DNA of 64,000 nucleotides from Cyanobacteria bacterium P01_A01_bin.123. GTDB lineage: Bacteria > Cyanobacteriota > Cyanobacteriia > Phormidesmidales > Phormidesmidaceae. The stretch is from positions 32,001-96,000 of the forward strand of contig JBCBZT010000025.1 of assembly GCA_039815185.1 (NCBI GenBank). Reading direction: 5' to 3'. The notes below the pieces were generated by a model. That model did not search any database and had not been told where the DNA came from. It saw only the letters and a program-made list of their open reading frames with translations. Below are positions 10,769 through 19,945 of the stretch, in pieces. Both the position numbers and the translations under genes were made by a program. Every line of letters begins with the position of its first letter. The stretch's first letter is position 1.

Positions 10769-11566
10769 TTAAGAAACTTTATGCTTCGTTACACCCATCT
10801 CATTTGCGGCGTCTCTGACATAGTCAAACAACATGGTTTGTAAGTACCGTTCTGCCCACTCTGTCCCAAATGCCTGTTCCAAAATCCGTCGGGTTTTATC
10901 ATTTTGCTGTTGTTGTAAACAATATCGACGCTGCCCTGCCAAAATCGATGCCTGACCTTCCTTTGAGTCGATAGAAACTGCACGACTGGCGAGTTGACAA
11001 TGGATGGATAAATATTCAGTGGCTTGCGTCAAAAATGTAATGCCTTCTGACTCACTGGTAGGACGGACAAATAAACAAAACTCTGAAAAAATATCGCCCC
11101 AGGCTGGCAAGGTGCGGGGTTGGGCAAACTGTGCCGTAGGCAGCTTACTTAAGTGTTCACGATAGGGGGCAGGCAGCATGCGATTAGGAGATACCGGAGA
11201 TAGATCAACAATGGCGGCGCTAATTTGGCCACGACCGGCCACAATATCAACCCCAAAGATCGGCAGCGGAAAATCGGGATTGGGAAACATCACACAGTGA
11301 AGAATATCCAGATTGCTGCCGACTTTAGCCAGCTCTAGATGGAGTTTGCGAAACTGAGTTGTTTGATAACAACAGTTTTCGATAGTGAGTCGCTCACCTT
11401 CAAGGGTGCCTTCTACATAACCTAGATCTTCAGGTGTCTCGTAGGGATGTAGCACGAGTTGGCTGCGCCAGGTCGTTTCAATGGTGTTGGCCAATTGGCA
11501 AATTAAAGGATGTTGCTGGTGACGTAGAGAATTTTGATGCAGTGGGCTGTGACGAACTTGAACCAT
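10769..11566 (-). CDS. pcyA: Phycocyanobilin:ferredoxin oxidoreductase
   Basis: FRKLHLELA, LDILHCVMFP, PIFGVDIV, AIVDLSP and QQQQNDKTRRILE motifs. Confidence 0.95.
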   Translation of the reverse strand: MVQVRHSPLHQNSLRHQQHPLICQLANTIETTWRSQLVLHPYETPEDLGYVEGTLEGERLTIENCCYQTTQFRKLHLELAKVGSNLDILHCVMFPNPDFPLPIFGVDIVAGRGQISAAIVDLSPVSPNRMLPAPYREHLSKLPTAQFAQPRTLPAWGDIFSEFCLFVRPTSESEGITFLTQATEYLSIHCQLASRAVSIDSKEGQASILAGQRRYCLQQQQNDKTRRILEQAFGTEWAERYLQTMLFDYVRDAANEMGVTKHKVS

Positions 11567-11614
11567 AACCTTTTAAGGTCCTCGGATATTTTAATCCTCA
11601 CCTTGCCGTACCCC

Positions 11615-11657
11615 TGTGCAAACTGTGTGCAGCGATCGCTGTGCAGGTTATGTGCAG
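11615..11657 (-). promoter_or_regulatory. Two tandem L-boxes upstream of pcyA, separated by a HIP1 site
   Basis: Minus strand CTGCACA-TAAC-CTGCACA-GCGATCG-CTGCACA-CAGT-TTGCACA; candidate -10 TAAAAT at 11588-11593. Confidence 0.82.
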
Positions 11658-11759
11658 CCAGGAGAGGGGGCTGACATTAGCCATATCTGAGTTGGAAACT
11701 TGATTAGGAGCGTCAGGCTTATGTCTCTATAGAGAGACTGTGGCTAGATGTCCAGGAGT

Positions 11760-13679
11760 TTAGCTTGCCATCTCTGTGGCTTTTTGCCACCGCTGCCAAG
11801 CTTGATATCGCTTTAAGCGATTGACTAGTCGGAGGGCTAGATCCTTTCCTTGGACTGGCTTGGTGATGTAATCATCAGCTCCTAGAGTAAACGCTTGATC
11901 TTGCTTTGCAGGATGGTTGTGGATGCTTAAGAAAATAATGGGTAAATGTTGCCACTGGGGGTTGCTGCGTAACACCTGACACAGCTCAAAGCCGTTAATT
12001 CGTGGCATTTCAATGTCAAGTATTAACAAGTCAGGCATCACCTGGGTAAAGAGTGTCCAAAACCTTTGCGGATCAGCAAGGGGAGTAATCTGAAAATTCC
12101 AGGGTTGTAAAAGGTGAATCACCTGTTTGAGGTAGTGGGTATCGTCATCAACGATCATAATTTTGCTGTGACGGTAATTGTTGTGAGTGGCGTGGTTAAT
12201 CACGTCTAAGACCTCCACGGGAACCACCGGATACTCAAGGACGATGGCCCCGCCTCGGCGAATCAAGTCTAAACGGTTGCCAAAGTCTGCTTGGGGAGTG
12301 ACCACCAATACGGGTAATTGGGGCCAACGCTCGGTCAGCTTGGTAATCAAACCCAACAGCATTTGCAAAATAGGCTCATCCAAGACCGGGTCAGCTTCGC
12401 CCGCGACAAGATTGATCAACACCAAGTCAGGCAGATGGGCGATTGGCTCAGTGGATCGAGCAGGAGATGAATCTAGGGCCAGCGCTTGGAATGCGATTTC
12501 AATCGAAGCTGCAGTAGAGGTTTCAAATCCTTGTGCTACGGCTAGGGCGATGAGCTGTTGGATATAGGGCACATTATTCACATCTACGATCAGGAGGGTC
12601 GATGGCTCAGCAGTATCTTCTCCTGCGGGGACGAGCTGTGGTGGATCATCCAGGGCGTGACCTAATGTGGTAACTAGGGTGTGAAATTGAGAGATTTGGG
12701 CCTCAGAAAAGGCTGACTCGGGTTGGAGGAGCTGTTCTATCTGGAGGGCCAAACGATAGCCTTCCATTAAGCCAAAGGTGCCTAAAGTTCCGGCTAGGCT
12801 GTGGGTCATTTGCTGGGCTTGGAGGCGTTGTTGTTCGCTGAGTTGCTGTTTCTTGAGCGTTTGAGCAATATGCATTAAGCAATTCCAGCGCTCTAGGCTT
12901 TCACCTTTATGGGCGCGCCAGGCTTGGGTCAGGCCTTCTAAATAGCGAGTTTGGCGATCGCGTTCGATTAGCTCAGCCGAGTCGCGATCGCGACAAGAGG
13001 CTAATGCCTGAGTCTTAAGACGATATCCCAACCCATGGACGGTTTCGATTAAATCAGTGGCGGCTCCTACGGCCTTGAGTTTACGCCGTAAGCCCCGAAT
13101 ATGGGAGCGAACCGTGGCGCCACTGGGAAATTCTTCTGAAGACCAAACCCGATCAAGCAGCGTATCGACACTAAAAACCTGATGACTGTGGTGTAAAAAC
13201 AATTCGAGTAAGGCATACTCCTTCGCAGTGAGTGAAACGGGTTGCCCACGATACGTCACCTCACAGCTGACTGGATCGAGACATAATTCCCCCCAGCTCA
13301 AAATTAGGGCAGATTCAGTTAGCGTCCGTCGCAGCAGCACTCGAATCCGGGCCAGCAGCTCTGTGATGTCAAACGGTTTGACCACGTAATCATCCGCGCC
13401 TGCTTCTAGGCCTTTAATTTTGTCGATTTGTGCGTCTTTGGCCGTGAGCAATAAAATCGGCACGCCATAACCTTCATGTCGCAAGCGTTGACAGAGGTTG
13501 ATGCCTTCTAGCTGAGGCAACATCCAATCTAAGATAATCAGGTCATAGTCAAAGGTAGAGCTATAGGCCCAACCCGTTTCGCCATCGGCCACCCGATCAA
13601 CCACGTAATTTTGAGCCGTTAACTGCTGGGTTAGCAGCGTAACTAAAGCTTCATCATCCTCAACCAATAAAACTCTCAT
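11760..13679 (-). CDS. rcaC: Chromatic acclimation response regulator (REC, OmpR DNA-binding, Hpt, degenerate REC, REC)
   Basis: N-terminal receiver, winged helix (IETVHGLGYRL), Hpt (THSLAGTLGTFG) and C-terminal receiver; follows rcaE-rcaF. Confidence 0.88.
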   Translation of the reverse strand: MRVLLVEDDEALVTLLTQQLTAQNYVVDRVADGETGWAYSSTFDYDLIILDWMLPQLEGINLCQRLRHEGYGVPILLLTAKDAQIDKIKGLEAGADDYVVKPFDITELLARIRVLLRRTLTESALILSWGELCLDPVSCEVTYRGQPVSLTAKEYALLELFLHHSHQVFSVDTLLDRVWSSEEFPSGATVRSHIRGLRRKLKAVGAATDLIETVHGLGYRLKTQALASCRDRDSAELIERDRQTRYLEGLTQAWRAHKGESLERWNCLMHIAQTLKKQQLSEQQRLQAQQMTHSLAGTLGTFGLMEGYRLALQIEQLLQPESAFSEAQISQFHTLVTTLGHALDDPPQLVPAGEDTAEPSTLLIVDVNNVPYIQQLIALAVAQGFETSTAASIEIAFQALALDSSPARSTEPIAHLPDLVLINLVAGEADPVLDEPILQMLLGLITKLTERWPQLPVLVVTPQADFGNRLDLIRRGGAIVLEYPVVPVEVLDVINHATHNNYRHSKIMIVDDDTHYLKQVIHLLQPWNFQITPLADPQRFWTLFTQVMPDLLILDIEMPRINGFELCQVLRSNPQWQHLPIIFLSIHNHPAKQDQAFTLGADDYITKPVQGKDLALRLVNRLKRYQAWQRWQKATEMAS

Positions 13680-13688
13680 TAACTCACC

Positions 13689-14069
13689 CTACGTTGACCA
13701 ATTCAGTAATTTGGCGATTTGGCTGGCTAGGGTGAGGGGATTAAAGGGTTTGGTAATCACCCCAGCCACGCCAATCTTCTGAAACAGCCGTTTTTCAGCA
13801 GTTCGTGTTTTAGCCGTTAGCAAAATAACTGGAATAGACTGGGTTTTGGCATTGTCATGGAGTGCCTCAAAAGTGGCAATGCCGTCAATTTCAGGCATCA
13901 TGACATCTAATAAAATGGCGTCTGGCTGGTGTATTTCAGCCTGACGAATGCCATCTCTGCCAGAAGATGCGGTGACAATGTCCCAGTTGGCTTCCATCTT
14001 TAAGCTGAGGCTAACCACTTTTTGAATCGACTCTTCATCATCAACAACCAGAATTTGTTTTGATTGCAT
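13689..14069 (-). CDS. rcaF: Single-domain response regulator
   Basis: MQSKQILVVDDE...LLDVMMP...TKPF; lies between rcaE and rcaC. Confidence 0.88.
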   Translation of the reverse strand: MQSKQILVVDDEESIQKVVSLSLKMEANWDIVTASSGRDGIRQAEIHQPDAILLDVMMPEIDGIATFEALHDNAKTQSIPVILLTAKTRTAEKRLFQKIGVAGVITKPFNPLTLASQIAKLLNWST

Positions 14070-14074
14070 GGTCT

Positions 14075-16300
14075 TTACGATGCCTTTGTGGTGGCAAGGG
14101 GTAAGGTGAAATAAAAACAACTGCCAATACCCATCTGGCTTTCTGCCCAAATTTGACCGCCGTGTTGTTCGACGATTTTGCGGCAGATGGTCAGCCCAAG
14201 CCCAGTGCCACCCTTTTTGCGCGAGTCAGAAGAATCCACCTGCTGAAATCGTTCAAAGACGCTGTTCAGCTTGTCTTGGGGGATGCCTTGACCGTGATCT
14301 TGGACGCAGAAGAGGGCCATTGCTGCGGGATCTTGGTGATGGCGCGGGGTGCTATCAGACTTTGGGGATGGCAGAACGGGTTCGGAATTAGGCCGGGCGA
14401 TGAGGTGAATGACATTACCGGGGGTCGAAAATTTGATCGCGTTACCAATCAAATTGGTCAAGGTTTGGACAATGTAATCTGGATCGGCCCAAATAGAGAA
14501 AGTAGATACGGGTTCTGATTGAATTTGAATCGTAATCTCGTGCTCTTGAGCAATCGACTGCATCGCCTCGGCTGCTTGGCCCATTAAGTCAGCGGCGTCA
14601 CAGGCGTGAGCATCCACGGTGACCTCACCGGACTCTATTCGCTGGAGATCGAGCACATTGTTGACTAGACGCACGAGTCGATCAGTGTTTTCATCAGCGA
14701 CTTCAAGCATCTGCTGCCCTGCTTCAGACAGTTGGCCCAAACGGCCTGTTGCCATCAGTTTTAGAGAGCCGTGAATCGAGGTGAGCGGAGTCCTTAATTC
14801 GTGACTAACAACAGCAATAAATTCATCTTTCATGCGTTCGATTGCTTTGCGATCGCTGATATCAGTCGTGAGGGCGAAGAATCCCTTGATCTTGAGTGAG
14901 CCTTTTGAACCCGCTTCAACATGGGGAATGTAAGTCACACTCACCGAACGACATCGCCCATCTTGAAAGGCCAGTTCGCTCTCATAGGTCACTGGATCTC
15001 CCACTAGGACAGTTTCAATGTAGGGCTTGATGTGTTGATAGTAGGCAGACCCCAGTACGGTTTTAATGGATGTGCCATAGATGTCCTTTGGGGTTTGCCC
15101 GAGCCAATGTTCATAGGCTTCGTTATTAAATCGATAGCGCTGATGACGATCGACATAGGCAATCAGCACTGGCAAATTGTTCGTGATCAGGCGTAATTGC
15201 TCCTCACTTTGACGCAGGGCCGCTTCTACTTGCTTACGTTCTTGAATCTCTTGTTGCAAGGTGAGGTTCGTTTGAGTCAACTCAGCTGTCCGTAGCTTGA
15301 CTCGCTCTTCGAGATATTCCAGCATTTGCCCTTGCGAAAGCGCGATGCTGATTTGATCGGCGAGTTGCTGCATCAGATCTAATTCAAACTCGCTCCATTG
15401 CCGAGGACTGCGACATTGGTGGGCGATCAGCAATCCCCAGAGATGCTTACGGATGGGGGCTTTGCCGATAGACATTTCTGGCTTGAGGGGATGTACGATG
15501 GGGACAATCAACTTAGATTGAATGCCCCATTGCTCAATAAACTCCACCAAGCAATCGGCTAGTCCTGAATCGGGGGCATGGACATCGGCGATCGCTTGCA
15601 CTCGTCCTTGGGCATAGAGGGTCTGGTATTCTTCGGGAAAAACTTCTTCGGGGAAGGAAATCCCTAAGATTGCTGGATAAGGAGGCACGACGGCTTCACT
15701 GATGGGTTGACCAGTGCCATCGGGCAAAACTTGATAAATCAACACCCGATCGGCTTTGAGGAGACGCTGCACCTCGTTAACCGTGGTTTGCAAGATCTCT
15801 TTAAGTTGTAAAGATTGGCGAATTTTGAGTGTGATTTCTGCAAAGAGTTGGGCTTTTTGATGCTGACGATGCATTTGGGCTTCAACACCCTGCTCGTGCA
15901 ATACCCGCAATAAACGGTCTTGGTCAATCAAGCCAACCAGATGGGCATGGTCATCCACGATGGGGAGGTGGCTAATCTGGTGATGATCAAAGAGCTCTAG
16001 CAGGGGAGCAACTGCCTTCAGCGCCAACGGTGACACAGTAATCACGGGACGGGTCACAACCTCAGCCAAGCGCATGTGAGACCATTTGGGGGTTTGGGCC
16101 ATCGCTTGAATGAGATTGCGTCGTGTGGCAATGCCAATCACCTTACGACGATGCAACGCTAAAAAGCAGTTTTTCTCTGGATGAGATGCCATCCGAGCTA
16201 AAACCTTTGGCAACCCAGTTTGGCTGGAGGCAGTTAGTGGATTGGGATCCACAATCGCGCTCCAGAAGGAAAGTTCGCACGCCCCTTGATTCAATGACAT
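14075..16300 (-). CDS. rcaE: Green/red cyanobacteriochrome histidine kinase (CBS-like, GAF, PAS, HisKA, HATPase)
   Basis: GAF reads FPEEVFPEEYQTLYAQGRVQAIADVH...LADCLVEF...SKLIVP, with the bilin Cys and the Glu/Leu/Lys residues of RcaE-type GAFs. H-box SHELRTPL, G-box GGTGLGL. Confidence 0.9.
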   Translation of the reverse strand: MSLNQGACELSFWSAIVDPNPLTASSQTGLPKVLARMASHPEKNCFLALHRRKVIGIATRRNLIQAMAQTPKWSHMRLAEVVTRPVITVSPLALKAVAPLLELFDHHQISHLPIVDDHAHLVGLIDQDRLLRVLHEQGVEAQMHRQHQKAQLFAEITLKIRQSLQLKEILQTTVNEVQRLLKADRVLIYQVLPDGTGQPISEAVVPPYPAILGISFPEEVFPEEYQTLYAQGRVQAIADVHAPDSGLADCLVEFIEQWGIQSKLIVPIVHPLKPEMSIGKAPIRKHLWGLLIAHQCRSPRQWSEFELDLMQQLADQISIALSQGQMLEYLEERVKLRTAELTQTNLTLQQEIQERKQVEAALRQSEEQLRLITNNLPVLIAYVDRHQRYRFNNEAYEHWLGQTPKDIYGTSIKTVLGSAYYQHIKPYIETVLVGDPVTYESELAFQDGRCRSVSVTYIPHVEAGSKGSLKIKGFFALTTDISDRKAIERMKDEFIAVVSHELRTPLTSIHGSLKLMATGRLGQLSEAGQQMLEVADENTDRLVRLVNNVLDLQRIESGEVTVDAHACDAADLMGQAAEAMQSIAQEHEITIQIQSEPVSTFSIWADPDYIVQTLTNLIGNAIKFSTPGNVIHLIARPNSEPVLPSPKSDSTPRHHQDPAAMALFCVQDHGQGIPQDKLNSVFERFQQVDSSDSRKKGGTGLGLTICRKIVEQHGGQIWAESQMGIGSCFYFTLPLATTKAS

Positions 16301-16669
16301 TCGTGATGGACTCCTGATTGGAATCGCTATCCCCTTAATTTATGAGGCCCTAGACAAAATCTTTGAGGAATTGTTTTTAATCTTTAAGTTTTAGGCCGCT
16401 AAAGGTAAAGAAATATAAATAAATATTTTACTTTCTTAAGCCATGAGGTTAGGTGCTTAAGAGAAATGGCTGCAAGTCTTTCGGTGGTCATTGCGCTGAT
16501 CTCTATGAGTCTGTCGAGTTTGCTTGACTAGGTGCAGAACATTGAGCCAATTTTCGGAATTGAGATTGTGGACGAGTATCTATGCGTAGAAAAATACTCC
16601 ACTCCATCAGTCCAATCTGGCGGCCTAGTCTGGCAGTCCAGTCAATCTAGCTTTGAGGGGACATTTGCG

Positions 16670-17002
16670 ATGAAGATTCAAGGACTTGAAGACATCACCA
16701 ATCATGAACTCTCCATGGAGATTCAGAATGGCGGCAAGTTCGTTATCTTTCAGTACTGCATTTCTGTGGTGCTTTTGACGTTTAAGCGATCTTCCGACAT
16801 TTATTTCATCCGCGCTGATGAAAGCCCTGGTAAACAGGCGCTACCGTTTACCTTGATCTCTATATTTCTAGGCTGGTGGGGTATCCCTTGGGGGCCGATT
16901 TACACGATTCAATCGCTGCATACCAACTTCACTGGCGGCAAAGATGTCACTCAACCTGTGTTGTCTGCCCTGGCTAATCCCAATCCTGGGGGGCAAAGCT
17001 AA
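16670..17002 (+). CDS. Small conserved-looking membrane protein
   Basis: MKIQGLE...GGKFVIFQYCIS...LGWWGIPWGPIYTI...GGKDVT; ATG after GAGGGG. Confidence 0.7.
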   Translation: MKIQGLEDITNHELSMEIQNGGKFVIFQYCISVVLLTFKRSSDIYFIRADESPGKQALPFTLISIFLGWWGIPWGPIYTIQSLHTNFTGGKDVTQPVLSALANPNPGGQS

Positions 17003-17096
17003 ACAGTTTTATATTACTTAATTACAGGATCTGATTTTTTCTAGCAGACAGCTTACACTCTTCTCGATATTGTTAGTCTTGATCGAGGAGAGTGCT

Positions 17097-17822
17097 ATGT
17101 TGGGGTTCTTGCTAGCCGTTTGTCTGGCCTTACTACACCTGTTTGTTGGAAAGTTGAGCGGCTTTAAGTATGTTTCCCATCGCCGCTGGATCTCTTTAGC
17201 AGGTGGCGTTTCCATTGCTTACATTTTTCTTGATGTTTTTCCAGAATTGGCCCACGCCCAAGAAGAGATAGAGCACTCAGAAATCTCGATCTTGGCCTAT
17301 CTAGAACAGCATGTGTATTTATTGGCGCTGCTGGGATTAGTGCTGTTTTATGGCTTAGATAAATTAGCGCTGCGATCGCGAACTCACAATCAAAAAATGA
17401 GCCAAGTAGATGCCACTGGTGTGGGCGTTTTCTGGGTTCATATTGCGGCCTTTGCCATCTATAACGCCATTTTGGGCTATCTGTTCCGAGAATCAGCAGA
17501 TCATGGACTTGTCGCTTGCCTGCTGTTATTTATCACGCTAGGGCTACATTTCTTAGTCAATGATCTAGGCATGAGAGAACACCATAAGCACAGCTACGAC
17601 CGATTGGGGCGGTGGATTCTCGCGGCTGCCATTATTGCGGGATGGGCTGTTGCGCAGGCGGTCATTTTCAACCCTGCTGCGATCGCCGTGATTTGGGCCA
17701 TCGTTGCAGGCGGCATTATTCTAAATGTTTTGAAAGAAGAATTGCCCGAACAACGTGAAAGTGATTTTATTACTTTCCTGACCGGGGCACTAGGGTATGG
17801 TGCGCTGCTGTTAATTGTTTAA
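17097..17822 (+). CDS. Multi-pass membrane protein, distantly ZIP-transporter-like
   Basis: About 8 TM segments; SLAGGVSIAYIFLDVFPEL, LHFLVND and NVLKEELP motifs. Confidence 0.65.
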   Translation: MLGFLLAVCLALLHLFVGKLSGFKYVSHRRWISLAGGVSIAYIFLDVFPELAHAQEEIEHSEISILAYLEQHVYLLALLGLVLFYGLDKLALRSRTHNQKMSQVDATGVGVFWVHIAAFAIYNAILGYLFRESADHGLVACLLLFITLGLHFLVNDLGMREHHKHSYDRLGRWILAAAIIAGWAVAQAVIFNPAAIAVIWAIVAGGIILNVLKEELPEQRESDFITFLTGALGYGALLLIV

Positions 17823-17865
17823 GAAAAGGGGCCGTCCTGTTTATCTGCGAATGATTAAAAATTAA

Positions 17866-17900
17866 CTTTCCCTGACCGAATTTAAACGCTTTCCCTGACC
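17866..17900 (+). promoter_or_regulatory. 12-bp direct repeat upstream of the Rieske cluster
   Basis: CTTTCCCTGACC at 17866-17877 and 17889-17900. Confidence 0.4.
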
Positions 17901-18044
17901 AACTTTACTTTCTGTTGTCGGGTGAACTCCACTTTAAAAGAAAACCTTAGGAGCTGTACTAAAACTGCAATGACCTGATAGATTCTCGGTTAATTAGGGA
18001 GATGAACCCGTCCATGAAATCAATGTTCAAAAGGCAGCAAATCT

Positions 18045-19658
18045 GTGAATAAAGTTAAAGCGGCGATGTGGGCAGACTTACGCGATCGCCAACCTGCTGG
18101 AGCCATCATTGAAGGCGTTGATTTGGTGATCATTCGTTGGGATGATCAGGTTTCCGTCCTCTATGGACGCTGTCAGCATCGAGGCGCATTGATGGCTGAT
18201 GGCCATGTTGAAGGCGAAAACCTAATTTGCGGTGTTCACCAGTGGGACTACCGGGTTGACACTGGCGTTAGCGCTTACAACAACAGCGAATTTTTGCCCA
18301 AATTCCAGGCCTGGGTAGAAGACGGTAGTGTCTATGTCGATGCCAATGAAATACTTGCCTGGAAGCAAACCCATCCCCAGCCCTACCAACGGGATGAGTA
18401 TCAAGGCGAATATGCCGATATCCACGGCACCGTCGAAGAGCCAGCGACGAAATACATCCATGCCCTGGCGAAAGATGGCCTCTCTAAAGTGGGGCATCAT
18501 GGCTCAGTGTCGGCCATGGGTGTGGCAGCGCCAGATCTGCCAAAGTGGGACGATTTGCAATTTATTACTGCCCAATTGGCCCGTTTGCCCCAGCTGGAAG
18601 ATGTGGAAGTCGGTACCGAACTTGTAATTGGACCAAAAGCGAATCAACCGTTGAAGCTTGATATTCCCATCTTTGTCTCGGATATGAGCTTTGGGGCGCT
18701 CTCAGAAGAAGCCAAAGTTGCCCTGGCAAAAGGGGCAGAACTGGCAGGGACGGGCATCTGCTCCGGCGAAGGCGGTATGTTGCCCGAAGAACAAGGCAAT
18801 AACAGTCGCTATTTTTACGAACTGGCTTCAGCCCGCTTCGGCTTTGCGCTTGAAAAACTGATGCAGGTGCAGGCGTTTCACTTCAAATGTGGCCAGGGGG
18901 CCAAAACGGGAACGGGGGGTCACCTGCCTGGTCACAAGGTGAAAGGCAAAATCGCTGAGGTTCGGGGTTTGAAGGAAGGCCAACCTGCTGTGTCTCCCCC
19001 CCGCTTCCCCGATTGGGAATCGATTGACGATTTTCGCAACTTTGCCGACACCGTTCGCGACACCACTGGGGGTATTCCCATTGGCGTAAAGTTATCGGCC
19101 CAGCATATCGAGCAAGATATCGACGCGGCCCTGCACATTGGGGTTGACTACATCATTTTGGATGGACGCGGCGGCGGCACCGGGGCAGCTCCGCTAATCT
19201 TCCGCGACAACATTTCAGTGCCGACCATCCCGGCTTTGGCACGGGCCAGACGCTACCTAGATCAGCGCGGTGCCAACCACGTCACCCTGATTGTCACGGG
19301 CGGGCTACGTACCCCAGCAGATTTTGCTAAAGCCTTGGCATTAGGGGCAGACGGCATTGCCGTGTCTAACGCAGCGATTCAGGCCATTGGCTGTCTTGGT
19401 ATGCGGGCCTGTCACACCAACAACTGCCCGGTCGGTATCGCAACGCAGCGGGAAGATCTGCGATCGCGCCTAATTATCGACGAAGCCGCCCAACGCCTCG
19501 ATCGCTTTTTCCGCGCCTCAGTCGAACTCATGGCCATCATGGCTCGCGCCTGTGGTCACACCCACCTGAGTCAGTTTTGCCCTGACGACCTCACCACCTG
19601 GAAACGGGATATGGCGTATTTGAGTGGGGTGAGTTATGGCGGGGTGATGCCTTTGTAG
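18045..19658 (+). CDS. Rieske [2Fe-2S] domain fused to an FMN-binding glutamate synthase family domain
   Basis: Rieske ligands CQH...CGVH; FMN barrel motifs MSFGALS, SGEGG, GQGAKTG, DGRGGGTGA; [3Fe-4S] motif GCLGMRACHTNNCPVG. No glutamine amidotransferase domain. Confidence 0.9.
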   Translation: MNKVKAAMWADLRDRQPAGAIIEGVDLVIIRWDDQVSVLYGRCQHRGALMADGHVEGENLICGVHQWDYRVDTGVSAYNNSEFLPKFQAWVEDGSVYVDANEILAWKQTHPQPYQRDEYQGEYADIHGTVEEPATKYIHALAKDGLSKVGHHGSVSAMGVAAPDLPKWDDLQFITAQLARLPQLEDVEVGTELVIGPKANQPLKLDIPIFVSDMSFGALSEEAKVALAKGAELAGTGICSGEGGMLPEEQGNNSRYFYELASARFGFALEKLMQVQAFHFKCGQGAKTGTGGHLPGHKVKGKIAEVRGLKEGQPAVSPPRFPDWESIDDFRNFADTVRDTTGGIPIGVKLSAQHIEQDIDAALHIGVDYIILDGRGGGTGAAPLIFRDNISVPTIPALARARRYLDQRGANHVTLIVTGGLRTPADFAKALALGADGIAVSNAAIQAIGCLGMRACHTNNCPVGIATQREDLRSRLIIDEAAQRLDRFFRASVELMAIMARACGHTHLSQFCPDDLTTWKRDMAYLSGVSYGGVMPL

Positions 19659-19923
19659 GGGAGAGGGAGTGGGGGAGTGGGGGAGTAAGGGAGTTGATGT
19701 GAGGAAGATGGGGCAGGTGGGGAGGAATTTACCAAAGGTTCTACCCGATCCCCCGATCACGCCAACCCTGAGGGACACCGCTGTCATATCTACACCCGAT
19801 CCTCCCATCCCCCCACCTTCCCCATCCCTCCACCATCCCTTCTACCCGATCCCCCCATCCCTCCACCAGCCCTTCTACCCGATCACCCCCCACCCTCCCC
19901 TGCTCCCCCTCCTCCCTTACCCA
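19658..19923. repeat. G-rich then C-rich low-complexity spacer containing a 33-bp tandem duplication
   Basis: GGGGAGTGGGGGAGTGGGGGAGT runs, then CCCCATCCCTCCACCA(T/G)CCCTTCTACCCGATC twice (about 19820 and 19853). Confidence 0.75.
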
Positions 19924-19945
19924 AATCACTAATGCGAGACTCACC

